From NCBI GenBank assembly GCA_028820795.1, contig JAPPHK010000255.1:1-45051 (forward strand): a DNA stretch of 45,051 bases, read 5' to 3'. The notes beneath the pieces are model-generated. The model was not told where the DNA came from. It ran no database searches and saw only the letters and a list, made by a program, of their open reading frames with translations. The DNA is from Nitrospinota bacterium (GTDB lineage: Bacteria > UBA8248). The position numbers and the translations under genes are program-made. Below are positions 21,602 through 31,451 of the stretch, in pieces (the first letter of the stretch is position 1; every line of letters starts with the position of its first letter).

Positions 21602-21856
21602 CTACTCGATGTGCGTCAGAATCTTCTCCACGCGCTCTCGAACCTCGGCCTGCTCTTTTTGAAGCCGCGCGTATTCCGCCTGGCATTTCGCCAACTCCTC
21701 AGCCTGAGCGCGCACGGACTCGGAATCTGCGCGGGCCTCCTCTCTCAGCCTCTGGAGTTGCGACTCCAGTTCCGCCCGAGAACGCCTCAGGGAATCGCGT
21801 TCCTCCAAAAGATTCGCAAGCGCGGTTTCAAGAGCGTTTAATTTTTCTAAGACCAT
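21602..21856 (-). CDS. zapB: ZapB-like coiled-coil protein (84 aa)
   Basis: Uninterrupted heptad-rich coiled coil ('LEKLNALETALANLLEERDSLR...'), immediately upstream of zapA. The assignment rests on composition and synteny only. Confidence 0.55.
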   Translation of the reverse strand: MVLEKLNALETALANLLEERDSLRRSRAELESQLQRLREEARADSESVRAQAEELAKCQAEYARLQKEQAEVRERVEKILTHIE

Positions 21857-21951
21857 TCGGACACTCTTTCCACGGGCGTATGACAAGAAATGAGTTTCGA
21901 CGATGCGTGAAAATAATTCTAGGTTCGGAAAAAAGCGGTGTCAAGAAACCA

Positions 21952-24363
21952 TCACGAGCGAAGTCGCGCATTCAGGCGCGCGCCCAACGCCCCTACGATT
22001 CCATCGAACGCCACGCTCACCTGCTCATCTGTGAGCGTCGCTTCAGGGTGACGGAACACCAACGAATACGCAAGGCTCTTCTCCCCCGATGCCTTGAGCG
22101 CGGCATCCTGGTAGACGTCGAACAGATTTACCGACTCGAGCCAGTCTCCACCTGACTGGCGGATGATCGCCTCGATCTCCCCATTGGTCCGCTCGGCATC
22201 CACCACCACCGCGAGATCGCGCAACGAAGCCGGATATCTCGGCAAGGGCGTCAGACGGCGAGGGGCAGGGTCGATCTCGGCCAAAGCGGCGAGGTTTATC
22301 TCGAAAGCGGCCACGCCCGTCTCGATATCCCAGACGCCCAGCGCCTCTGGCGCCACCAAACCGACGTGGCCGATATTCATCTCGCCGACCAGAACCTTCG
22401 AAACCGCCGACGGCTCCCAACCCGGAACGGCGTCCGCCGGTGCGAACCGGAGGTTGTCCAGTCCCAAGGATTCCAGGAAACGCTCGAGCACTCCTTTTTG
22501 TTCCGACAAAGCTCCCGGAAGCGAGACACCGTCTTTAGACGCCGCGCTCCCGACAATGACGCCGGCCAGGCGCAATACCTGATCCGGCAAAGCCTCTCCA
22601 TTCACGGGATGAAACGAGCGCCCCAGCTCAAACAGGCGAACCTCGCCCACTCCGCGACTCAGGTTGTGCGCCACGTTCGCCAGCAAACCGGCGAGCAGCG
22701 TGGATCTGAGCACGTCCATCTCACCGCTCAAGGGATTGCGCAACTCCACCATTTGTTCATCCAGCCACCCCATACTTCGGAGAGCCTCTCTGCTGACGAA
22801 GCTGTAGTTGATGGCCTCGCTGAACCCGCCAGCCACCATGATGCGGCGCGCTTTCAGCTCCAGAGAGCGGGTGCGCGTCGGCCTGGCGGCGGGACTTTCC
22901 GAGATCGGCAGGGTTGCGGGAATGTTCTCATAGCCCACCCTTCTGCCCACCTCTTCGATGAGATCGATCTCGCGTTCGATGTCGGGCCGGAAAGTAGGGA
23001 CCTCGACACTGAAAACCCCGTCTCCAGTGTCATTCACGAGAAGCCCCAGTGATTCGAGGCTCTCCCTCACCCGTGCAGCATCAAGAGAAACGCCGAGCAG
23101 GCTCGACGCGCGCGTCACCCGTATCGGCACCTGCTTCGGAGCGATGGGCGCTGGATGCGCGTCCACGGCACCCCGGGCGACTGCGCCGCCCGCCGTCCGG
23201 CGGATGAATTCGGCGGCCAGGTCCGCCGCGCGAACTGTGCCCGAGGGATCCACCCCCCGCTCGAAGCGATACGACGCCTCCGTGGACATTCCAAGACGCC
23301 TGCGGGTGCGTCGGATGGTCTGGGGCGTAAAATAGGCGCTCTCCAAAAGAATGTCGCGGGTGTCGTCGCTCACCTCGGAGTAGAGCCCCCCCATCACGCC
23401 GCCGATGGCGACGGGTTTTTCGCCGTCACAAATCATGAGGTCCTCGTCGTCCATCTCGCGCTGCTGGCCGTCGAGCGTGGTGAACGGGCCGTCGCTCTCG
23501 GCCCACCTCCTCACGATAATCTTGTGCTCGGCGAGGCGGTGGAGGTCGAACGCATGGAGCGGCTGACCGAGTGAGAGCATCACATAGTTCGTCACGTCGA
23601 CCACGTTGTTGATCGGCCGCATACCTGCCGCCCGCAGGCGCCGCGCCATCCACGCTGGCGAGGGGCCGATCTCCACACCCTGGATAATGCGGGCAGCGTA
23701 GCGCGGGCATTTATCCGGATCCCATATCTCCACCGCGCAGACAGAAGCGGCGGATACGCTCTCGTCTTCTTGAATGGAAATTTCAGGGGTTCGCAAAGAG
23801 GTTCCCAAAAGGGCCGCCGCTTCGCGGGCCACGCCCAAAACGGAGAGGCAATCCGCGCGGTTGGGCGTAATCGAGATGTCGAAAATCACATCGTTAAGCC
23901 CCAGTATCTCCGCCGCGTCGCTCCCGATGGCGAGCTCGTTATCAAGCACCATGATGCCGCTGTGATCCGCACCCAGGCCGATTTCACGCTCCGAGCAGAT
24001 CATGCCCTCGCTCCGTTCGCCGCGAATCCGCGCAACTTCAACCTTCACCCCCCCGGGCATCCGCACCCCTGGGGTGGCCAGAACGACGCGCTGGCCAGCT
24101 GCGACGTTGGGCGCGCCGCACACCACGGAGCGTTCTCCAGCGCCATCGGTGACACGGCAGATTTTCAGCCTGTCCGCGTTGGGATGAGCCTCCACGGACA
24201 ACACCTCGGCCACCACCAGCCCGTCGAAAGACGCTTCGGGACGCTCGAGCGCCTCGACTTCCAGACCCGCGAGCAAAAGCCCGTTCGCGAGGCGCTCCGG
24301 CAACTCTGCGTCTTCCAAGTGCAGGTCAATATAATCGGCGAGCCATTCCAGGCTAATCCGCAT
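21952..24363 (-). CDS. pheT: Phenylalanine--tRNA ligase beta subunit
   Basis: 803 aa. N-terminal 'MRISLEWL.DY', tRNA-binding OB domain ('HPNADRLKICRV'), B3/4, B5 and FDX-ACB domains. It follows pheS. Confidence 0.97.
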   Translation of the reverse strand: MRISLEWLADYIDLHLEDAELPERLANGLLLAGLEVEALERPEASFDGLVVAEVLSVEAHPNADRLKICRVTDGAGERSVVCGAPNVAAGQRVVLATPGVRMPGGVKVEVARIRGERSEGMICSEREIGLGADHSGIMVLDNELAIGSDAAEILGLNDVIFDISITPNRADCLSVLGVAREAAALLGTSLRTPEISIQEDESVSAASVCAVEIWDPDKCPRYAARIIQGVEIGPSPAWMARRLRAAGMRPINNVVDVTNYVMLSLGQPLHAFDLHRLAEHKIIVRRWAESDGPFTTLDGQQREMDDEDLMICDGEKPVAIGGVMGGLYSEVSDDTRDILLESAYFTPQTIRRTRRRLGMSTEASYRFERGVDPSGTVRAADLAAEFIRRTAGGAVARGAVDAHPAPIAPKQVPIRVTRASSLLGVSLDAARVRESLESLGLLVNDTGDGVFSVEVPTFRPDIEREIDLIEEVGRRVGYENIPATLPISESPAARPTRTRSLELKARRIMVAGGFSEAINYSFVSREALRSMGWLDEQMVELRNPLSGEMDVLRSTLLAGLLANVAHNLSRGVGEVRLFELGRSFHPVNGEALPDQVLRLAGVIVGSAASKDGVSLPGALSEQKGVLERFLESLGLDNLRFAPADAVPGWEPSAVSKVLVGEMNIGHVGLVAPEALGVWDIETGVAAFEINLAALAEIDPAPRRLTPLPRYPASLRDLAVVVDAERTNGEIEAIIRQSGGDWLESVNLFDVYQDAALKASGEKSLAYSLVFRHPEATLTDEQVSVAFDGIVGALGARLNARLRS

Positions 24364-24395
24364 CTGAGTTCCTCATCGTGCGTATGCTTGCTCGA

Positions 24396-25508
24396 TCAAA
24401 ACTGCCGCAGCATTCTCAAATCGTTTTCAAAGAAGAGACGGATGTCGCTGATCCCGTAGCGCAGCATGGTGATGCGCTCCACCCCCAGCCCCCAGGCGAA
24501 TCCGGTCCATCGCTCGGGGTCGTACCCCACCGCCTCGAAAACAGCCGGGTCCACCATACCTGCCCCCAGAACCTCCATCCATTCCCCGCCGGCCACGTAA
24601 TCGCTCGCGATGTCCACCTCGACGCTCGGCTCGGTGAACGGGAAGAAGCTGGGCCTCAGCCGCACGCGGTACTCGGGTCCGAAGATTTCACGAACGAAGG
24701 CCTCGAGCGTGCCTTTGAGATCGGCGAACGTCACGCCCTCATCCACATAGAGGCCTTCGATCTGGTGGAACATGGGCGAATGGGTGACGTCGGCGTCGCA
24801 GCGAAACACCTTGCCGGGGGCGATGACCTTGACGGGCGGCGGCTGGTTCTCCATCACCCGTATCTGGACGGGCGAGGTGTGCGTGCGCAAAAGAGCGTCG
24901 CCGGCGAGATAAAACGTATCCTGCATGTCGCGCGCAGGATGGTCCTTGGGGATGTTCAAAGCTTCAAAGTTGTAATAATCGAGTTCCGCCTCGGGACCCT
25001 CGGCCACCGAATAGCCCAGGCGCGTGAGCACCTCTATCAGATCCTCCATCGTCTGCACGAGCGGGTGCTCGTGGCCGATGAGAGGCGCGCGTCCAGGAAT
25101 CGTGAGGTCGAGCCGCGAGCGCGAAGATGCGACGGCAACAGCGGCGCCTGAAATCTCACTCGCCCTTTGCTCGATCATCTCACTCAAGGCGTCGCCCTCT
25201 TCTCTGCCTCTCAGATGCTCGCCGAGGGTACGGTGCGCTTCAATTATCTTTTCCTTGTCATCTTCCTTGATGGCCGAAACGCTCGCCTCGATGTAGGCGC
25301 GAACGGAGTTGGCCAGCGGACCCACGATGCGCTTCTCGTCGGCGGATAAATCCTTGAGGCCCCGCATGACCTCGCTGAGCTCACCGCCCTTTCGTCCCAG
25401 ATAGCGGATGCGCACTCCCTCGGCCGCCCCAGCGTCGTGCGCGGCCCAGGCGTCCGACAACGCGCCGGAACATTCACGGATCATGTTGACAAGCAGGTCT
25501 TCGCTCAC
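24396..25508 (-). CDS. pheS: Phenylalanine--tRNA ligase alpha subunit
   Basis: 'HPARDMQDTFY', 'LRTHTSPVQIR' and 'FRPSFFPFTEPS.EVD' are class II motifs. GTG start at 25508. Confidence 0.97.
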   Translation of the reverse strand: MSEDLLVNMIRECSGALSDAWAAHDAGAAEGVRIRYLGRKGGELSEVMRGLKDLSADEKRIVGPLANSVRAYIEASVSAIKEDDKEKIIEAHRTLGEHLRGREEGDALSEMIEQRASEISGAAVAVASSRSRLDLTIPGRAPLIGHEHPLVQTMEDLIEVLTRLGYSVAEGPEAELDYYNFEALNIPKDHPARDMQDTFYLAGDALLRTHTSPVQIRVMENQPPPVKVIAPGKVFRCDADVTHSPMFHQIEGLYVDEGVTFADLKGTLEAFVREIFGPEYRVRLRPSFFPFTEPSVEVDIASDYVAGGEWMEVLGAGMVDPAVFEAVGYDPERWTGFAWGLGVERITMLRYGISDIRLFFENDLRMLRQF

Positions 25509-25544
25509 ACTCGCTCCTCAATCCCCATCCACTCGGGGCCGCAT

Positions 25545-25574
25545 AAAAAAGGCCCCACCCGGCAGGGTGGAGCC
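25545..25574 (-). terminator. Rho-independent terminator or attenuator between rplT and pheS
   Basis: The minus strand reads GGCUCCACCC-UGCC-GGGUGGGGCC followed by UUUUUU (stem 25551-25560 / 25565-25574, one G-U pair). Confidence 0.75.
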
Positions 25575-25598
25575 TCCAGCACCTCTTCTCGCCCGGCT

Positions 25599-25955
25599 CT
25601 AGGCAGCCTGCGCCTTGGCGATTTCCACTAGTTTGCCAAAAGCCTGGGGGTCTGTAATCGCCAAATCGGCCAGAATCTTGCGGTTCACTTCTACGCCCGC
25701 CTGGCCCAGCCCCCAGATGAAGCGGCTGTAATTGAGGCCATGCAGCCGGGCCGCAGCATTGATGCGAACCGTCCAAAGACGCCTGAACTCGCGCTTGCGC
25801 ACACGGCGGTCACGATAGGCGTAGGCGCGTGCGCGAAACACGGTCTCCCGTGCGGAGCGGAACCTCTTCGAGCGCGCGCCCCGATAGCCCTTCGCTTCCT
25901 TGAGAAGCCTTCGATGTCGTTCCCTGGCAGCCGGTGTTCCCGTTGAACGCGGCAT
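25599..25955 (-). CDS. rplT: 50S ribosomal protein L20
   Basis: '[14 protein letters not shown]......[22 protein letters not shown]'. Confidence 0.98.
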   Translation of the reverse strand: MPRSTGTPAARERHRRLLKEAKGYRGARSKRFRSARETVFRARAYAYRDRRVRKREFRRLWTVRINAAARLHGLNYSRFIWGLGQAGVEVNRKILADLAITDPQAFGKLVEIAKAQAA

Positions 25956-26098
25956 GATTCGGTTACTCCCTCAAACGTTGATGTTTTTTCATTCCCTCGA
26001 CAGCCGCCTCGAATTACCGCAAACTCTCGCGACCGACCGGGGGAATATACCCGCACAGCAGGATGACCGCAAGCCCGAGACGCCGGAAAAAAGGCGCG

Positions 26099-26248
26099 TT
26101 ACCTCCGGGCGCGTTTGAGGGTGCGCCTGAGGATGATGGCCAAAAAAAGGACCGTCCCTGCAACGTAGGGATATTCGCCGACATAAGACCCGATGCCGCC
26201 TAGGATCGACTTGATAAAGTCATTCAACTCGCCCACCGGATTGCCCAT
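26099..26248 (-). CDS. Unlisted small ORF (49 aa), putative single-pass membrane peptide, between rpmI and rplT
   Basis: My own translation gives MGNPVGELNDFIKSILGGIGSYVGEYPYVAGTVLFLAIILRRTLKRARR*. ATG 26248 has GGAG about 10 nt upstream. A hydrophobic stretch is followed by a basic tail. It fills an otherwise unusually long rpmI-rplT gap. Confidence 0.45.
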   Translation of the reverse strand: MGNPVGELNDFIKSILGGIGSYVGEYPYVAGTVLFLAIILRRTLKRARR

Positions 26249-26314
26249 CTTTTCTCTACTCCGGCGAAATTGCAGCGCGCCCGTGGCGAAGCCGTCACTG
26301 ATTCTGCGAAAAGT

Positions 26315-26512
26315 CTAAAGATAAGGTATCAGCCGCTTGATCATCTTCGCGTCCGTGGAATTCGCGATGATGCTGTGGCGGAGTTCTCTCTTTCTTTTCG
26401 TCGTCTTCTTCGTCAGGATATGGCGGTGATGGGAGCGGTTCCGCTTCACCTTGCCCGTGGCCGTTATCTTGAAACGCTTGGCCGCTCCGCGGTTCGTCTT
26501 CATCTTAGGCAT
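26315..26512 (-). CDS. rpmI: 50S ribosomal protein L35
   Basis: '[21 protein letters not shown]...H'. The ATG overlaps the end of infC by 8 nt. Confidence 0.97.
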   Translation of the reverse strand: MPKMKTNRGAAKRFKITATGKVKRNRSHHRHILTKKTTKRKRELRHSIIANSTDAKMIKRLIPYL

Positions 26513-27236
26513 CTTCTTTCACTTCTCCTTCGGGTTTCATATCTTCAGCTCCGTCGTCCGGGCTGATCTCAATTTCCGCTCCCTGGAGCGCCTCGGCCAA
26601 CGGAGCCGTCAGCTTTCCGTCGTCCATCGATACGTCGGCCGCTTTCCTGCCCGATTTCTTGCGCGGTGTTGTATCTTTTTTAGGCGGTTTTGTCGATTTC
26701 GGCGCGAGCACCATCGTCATGTTGCGACCCTCGAGGTTGGGAAACTGCTCGACCGTGCCGATTTCGATGAGTTCGTTCGCCATTCTTTCCAGCAGTTTTC
26801 GCCCCAGTTCGGGGTGCGTGACTTCGCGGCCACGAAACATGATGGTGACCTTCGCCTTGTTACCGTCGTTCAAAAACCGTTCCGCGTGTCTTCTCTTGAT
26901 CGCGTAGTCATGTTCTTCAATCTTGATGCGAAGCTTGACCTCTTTCACTTCCACAACGCGCTGCTTCTTCTTGGCCTCTTGCGCCTTTTTCTGCTGCGTG
27001 TATTTGTAGCGGCCGAGGTCCATGATCTTGCACACGGGCGGGTCCGCATTGGGAGATACTTCGACGAGATCCAGATCCCTGTCCTCTGCCGCCTCTACCG
27101 CCTCCTCCACGGGGAGTACGCCCAACTGTTGTCCATCTTCGTCGATAACCCGCACCATCGGTACGCGAATGTCCCGGTTAGCTCTGGGGCCTGTGGCCGT
27201 CGGGTGAATATCCCGCCCTCTAAAGCGTGACGCCAT
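26505..27236 (-). CDS. infC: Translation initiation factor IF-3 with a ~60-aa C-terminal extension
   Basis: '[21 protein letters not shown]', '[20 protein letters not shown]' and 'MFRGRE..H.ELG'. The canonical C-domain ends near 'MVLAPK', and a Lys-rich then acidic tail follows. The start is ambiguous: ATG 27236 or ATT 27209. Confidence 0.93.
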   Translation of the reverse strand: MASRFRGRDIHPTATGPRANRDIRVPMVRVIDEDGQQLGVLPVEEAVEAAEDRDLDLVEVSPNADPPVCKIMDLGRYKYTQQKKAQEAKKKQRVVEVKEVKLRIKIEEHDYAIKRRHAERFLNDGNKAKVTIMFRGREVTHPELGRKLLERMANELIEIGTVEQFPNLEGRNMTMVLAPKSTKPPKKDTTPRKKSGRKAADVSMDDGKLTAPLAEALQGAEIEISPDDGAEDMKPEGEVKEDA

Positions 27237-27237
27237 A

Positions 27238-29115
27238 TCAGACCGCTCCCGCGGTGAGTGATTTGTTCTCGATGTCGCTTCGCATTCTCTGCATAAGTTC
27301 CTCCAGTGAAATGGACCCCAAGTCGCCTTGTTCGCGCAGCCTCAGTGAAACTCCTCCCGTTTCCGCCTCTCGCGCGCCGAGGATGAGCATGTAAGGTATC
27401 TTATCTCTCTGGGCTTCTCTTATTTTATACCCAATCTTCTCGTTTCGGAAATCCCCCTCCGCCCTGAAGCCCGCGGCGAGCAGCTGGCTCTCCACTTCGC
27501 GACCATAAGGGATATGATCGTCGGTGATCGTCATGATGCGCGCCTGCTCGGGCGCAAGCCACGGCGGGAACGCGCCCGCGTAGTGTTCGATCAGCCCGCC
27601 CACGAACCGCTCCATCGAACCCATAACGGTTCTGTGGATCATGATGACCTTATGGCGCGCGCCATCCGCGCCGACGTAGTTCAGGTCGAAGCGCTTGGGC
27701 AGGTTGAAGTCGAACTGGATAGTGGGTCCCTGCCAGCCGCGGCCCAGGGCATCGCACATCTTGATGTCGATTTTCGGCCCGTAGAACGCCGCCTCACCCT
27801 CGATGCGCTTATAGGAGATGTCGCGCTTCTCGAGCGCTCTGGTGAGCGCCGACTCCGCCGCTTCCCAGTCTTCCAGCACGCCGGCGTATTTGCTGAAATC
27901 GGAAGGATCATGCACCGAGAGCTCGGTCTCGAAATCCTCGTACCCGAATGTCTTCAGCATGAAATGCGCCAGATCGATGACGCCCAGCACCTCGTCTTCC
28001 GCCTGCTCGGGCGTGCAGAAGATGTGCGCGTCATCCTGCGTGAAGCCCCGCACTCGGAGCATCCCGTGCAGCGCGCCGCTGCGCTCGTAGCGATAGACCG
28101 TGCCCAACTCCGCCAGGCGGTAGGGCAGATCGCGGTAGCTGTGGATTTTCTGCTGATAGATCAGGATGTGGCCCGGGCAGTTCATGGGCTTCAGGACATA
28201 TTCATCCCCGTCGATGTTCAGGACATACATGTTTTCCCGATAGAAATCATAATGACCCGAAGTCTTGAAGAGTACGTCGCGCGTGATGTGCGGGATGGAG
28301 ACGAGCTGGTAGCCGCGCTTGACGTGTTCATCCTCCCAGAAACGCTCGATCACCTTCTTGACCGTCGTGCCCCTGGGCTGCCAATAGATAAGGCCGCCGC
28401 CCGCATCCTCATCGACCAGGAAAATGCCGAGTTGCTTGCCGATGACGCGGTGGTCTCTTTTCCTGGCGTCCTCGAGCTTTTGCAGATGATCGGCCAGGTC
28501 TTCTTTCGTCGCAAAGGCGGTGCCGTAGATGCGCTGGAGCATCTTGTTCTTCTCATCGCCCCGCCAGTAGGCGCCCGCCACGCTCAGGAGCTTGAAGTTG
28601 CGCAACCAGCCCGTGCCGGGCACATGCGGCCCCCGGCAGAGGTCCACGAAATCGCCCTGGCGGTAAATCGAAAGCTCCTCTTCCTCGGGCAAGTCGTGGA
28701 TCATCTCTATCTTGTAGCTCTCGCCTCTGTTCTCGAACAGGTCCAGAGCGTCCGCGCGGGAGATGTCCTCGCGCTCGATGGCATATTTCTTCTTGGCGAG
28801 TTTTTTCATTCTCGCCTCGATTGTCTTCAAGTCTTCGGGCGTGAAGGTGACGTCCACGTCGATGTCGTAGTAAAACCCGTTTTCGATCGGAGGGCCGATA
28901 GTGAGCTGCGCGCCCGGGTAGAGTTCCTGCACCGCCTGAGCCATGAGGTGCGCCGTGCTGTGGCGCAGAATCTCCAAGCCCTCCTCGGAATCGAGGAGGA
29001 TGAATTCCGGCTCGGCGGCGTCGGGAAGGCCGCGATTCAAATCAACGGGTGCGCCGCCAATCTTCAGCGCGATGGCGTCTTTGGGAAAGTTTTCTTGCTT
29101 GGTTTGCTGGGACAT
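27238..29115 (-). CDS. thrS: Threonine--tRNA ligase
   Basis: 'EILRHSTAHLMAQA', 'GPPIENGFYYD', 'FRRDHR'-type region, 'YRYERSGALHGMLRVRGFTQDDAHIF' and a C-terminal anticodon-binding domain. Start taken at ATG 29115; a GTG at 29172 is also open. Confidence 0.95.
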   Translation of the reverse strand: MSQQTKQENFPKDAIALKIGGAPVDLNRGLPDAAEPEFILLDSEEGLEILRHSTAHLMAQAVQELYPGAQLTIGPPIENGFYYDIDVDVTFTPEDLKTIEARMKKLAKKKYAIEREDISRADALDLFENRGESYKIEMIHDLPEEEELSIYRQGDFVDLCRGPHVPGTGWLRNFKLLSVAGAYWRGDEKNKMLQRIYGTAFATKEDLADHLQKLEDARKRDHRVIGKQLGIFLVDEDAGGGLIYWQPRGTTVKKVIERFWEDEHVKRGYQLVSIPHITRDVLFKTSGHYDFYRENMYVLNIDGDEYVLKPMNCPGHILIYQQKIHSYRDLPYRLAELGTVYRYERSGALHGMLRVRGFTQDDAHIFCTPEQAEDEVLGVIDLAHFMLKTFGYEDFETELSVHDPSDFSKYAGVLEDWEAAESALTRALEKRDISYKRIEGEAAFYGPKIDIKMCDALGRGWQGPTIQFDFNLPKRFDLNYVGADGARHKVIMIHRTVMGSMERFVGGLIEHYAGAFPPWLAPEQARIMTITDDHIPYGREVESQLLAAGFRAEGDFRNEKIGYKIREAQRDKIPYMLILGAREAETGGVSLRLREQGDLGSISLEELMQRMRSDIENKSLTAGAV

Positions 29116-29209
29116 AAACGGGCGTTGGCTGGCGCCGCAATCTCCTCTTGAAGTTCCTCGAATTATCTCCACGATGCGGCGGCGACCCGCCGCATCGTCA
29201 TTTCCAACA

Positions 29210-29284
29210 TGGTAGGCGCGGGCGGTTTTGAACCGCCGACCTCTTGCGTGTCAAGCAAGCGCTCTCCCCCTGAGCTACGCGCCT
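29210..29284 (-). tRNA. tRNA-Val (anticodon GAC), CCA encoded
   Basis: Folded manually. Acceptor AGGCGCG/CGCGCCU, D stem GCUC/GAGC, anticodon stem CUUGC/GCAAG with loop UUGACAC, T stem GGCGG/CCGCC, 75 nt in total. Confidence 0.93.
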
Positions 29285-29310
29285 TCGTCCGGCATATCCG
29301 GTATAGCGAA

Positions 29311-29340
29311 ATGATAGGTAAGCGGCCTGCGAATTGTCAA
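29311..29340 (-). promoter_or_regulatory. Putative sigma70-type promoter for tRNA-Val
   Basis: The minus strand reads TTGACA (29340-29335), an 18-nt spacer, then TATCAT (29316-29311), about 25 nt upstream of the tRNA 5' end. Confidence 0.5.
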
Positions 29341-29499
29341 CGCTCGCTTTTCCCACGTCAATAAAAAATAACGCCCATCACACAAAAAACCAATCCGCCC
29401 GCGCCGGTTCGCAAACTCTCCCGATGCCGCGCAGGAAGGATTATGCGGCCTGAGACTCACGAAACGCTCAAACGATCGAATAATCGTGCGGAAGATGGC

Positions 29500-30741
<1,242 letters not shown>

Positions 30742-30797
30742 CGAATCATTCCCCCTCGGAGAAGAACGCTTCTAAAAAAACATAAACCGGCTTCCGG

Positions 30798-31448
30798 TCA
30801 GGAGCCGTTGTTCTCCTCGTTCGTGCCGTCATCGCCGCCGATGCCCTGCATGCCGCCCAATGAATCCGAGCGCGCGACAATGACGTCGTCGAGCAGACCG
30901 TAATCCTTCGCCTGTTCGGCCGTCATGAAATTATCACGATCGGTGTCTTTTTCAATCCGCTTGATCGGCTGGCCGGTGTGCCTCGCGAGAATCTCGTTGA
31001 GTTCCTCGCGCATGCGGAGAATCTCACGCGCCTGGATGTCGATGTCGCTCGCCTGTCCCTGCACGCCGCCCAGGGGCTGGTGGATCAGGATGCGCGAGTT
31101 GGGCAGGGCGTAGCGCTTGCCCTTCGCCCCCGCCGTCAGGAGCAGCGCGCCCATGCTCGCCGCCTGGCCGATGCAGATGGTCGACACGTCGGGCTTGATG
31201 TACTGCATCGTGTCGTAAATGGCGAGACCCGCCGTGACGGTGCCGCCCGGGCTGTTCACGTACATGGCGATATCCCTATCGGGTTCTTCCGCCTCCAGGA
31301 AAAGAAGCTGGGCCGTCACGAGGTTCGCGATGGTGTCGTCTATCGCCGTGCCCAGAAAGATGATTCGCTCCTTGAGCAGGCGGCTGTAGATGTCATACGC
31401 CCGCTCGCCTCTGTTCGTCTGTTCCACCACCATGGGTACGAGTGCCAC
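30798..31448 (-). CDS. clpP: ATP-dependent Clp protease proteolytic subunit ClpP
   Basis: '[21 protein letters not shown]', catalytic 'GQAASMGA' and 'IHQP'. GTG start. A short Gly/acidic C-terminal tail. Confidence 0.97.
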   Translation of the reverse strand: MALVPMVVEQTNRGERAYDIYSRLLKERIIFLGTAIDDTIANLVTAQLLFLEAEEPDRDIAMYVNSPGGTVTAGLAIYDTMQYIKPDVSTICIGQAASMGALLLTAGAKGKRYALPNSRILIHQPLGGVQGQASDIDIQAREILRMREELNEILARHTGQPIKRIEKDTDRDNFMTAEQAKDYGLLDDVIVARSDSLGGMQGIGGDDGTNEENNGS

Positions 31449-31451
31449 TGT

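Noticed and set aside
25509-25598. pheM-type Phe-rich leader peptide attenuator upstream of pheS
   Set aside because: Only about 24 nt separate the rplT stop from the hairpin, and there is no Phe-codon-rich mini-ORF. I call it a simple terminator or attenuator hairpin only.
27514-29151. 545-aa plus-strand ORF antisense to thrS
   Set aside because: It is antisense to an unambiguous ThrRS gene, so it is a GC-rich shadow ORF.
29173-29196. Perfect 10-bp hairpin GATGCGGCGG-N4-CCGCCGCATC between tRNA-Val and thrS, as a terminator or ThrRS operator
   Set aside because: No U-tract follows it on the transcribed (minus) strand. The loop does not resemble a tRNA-Thr anticodon loop. Its function is undetermined, so I did not annotate it.
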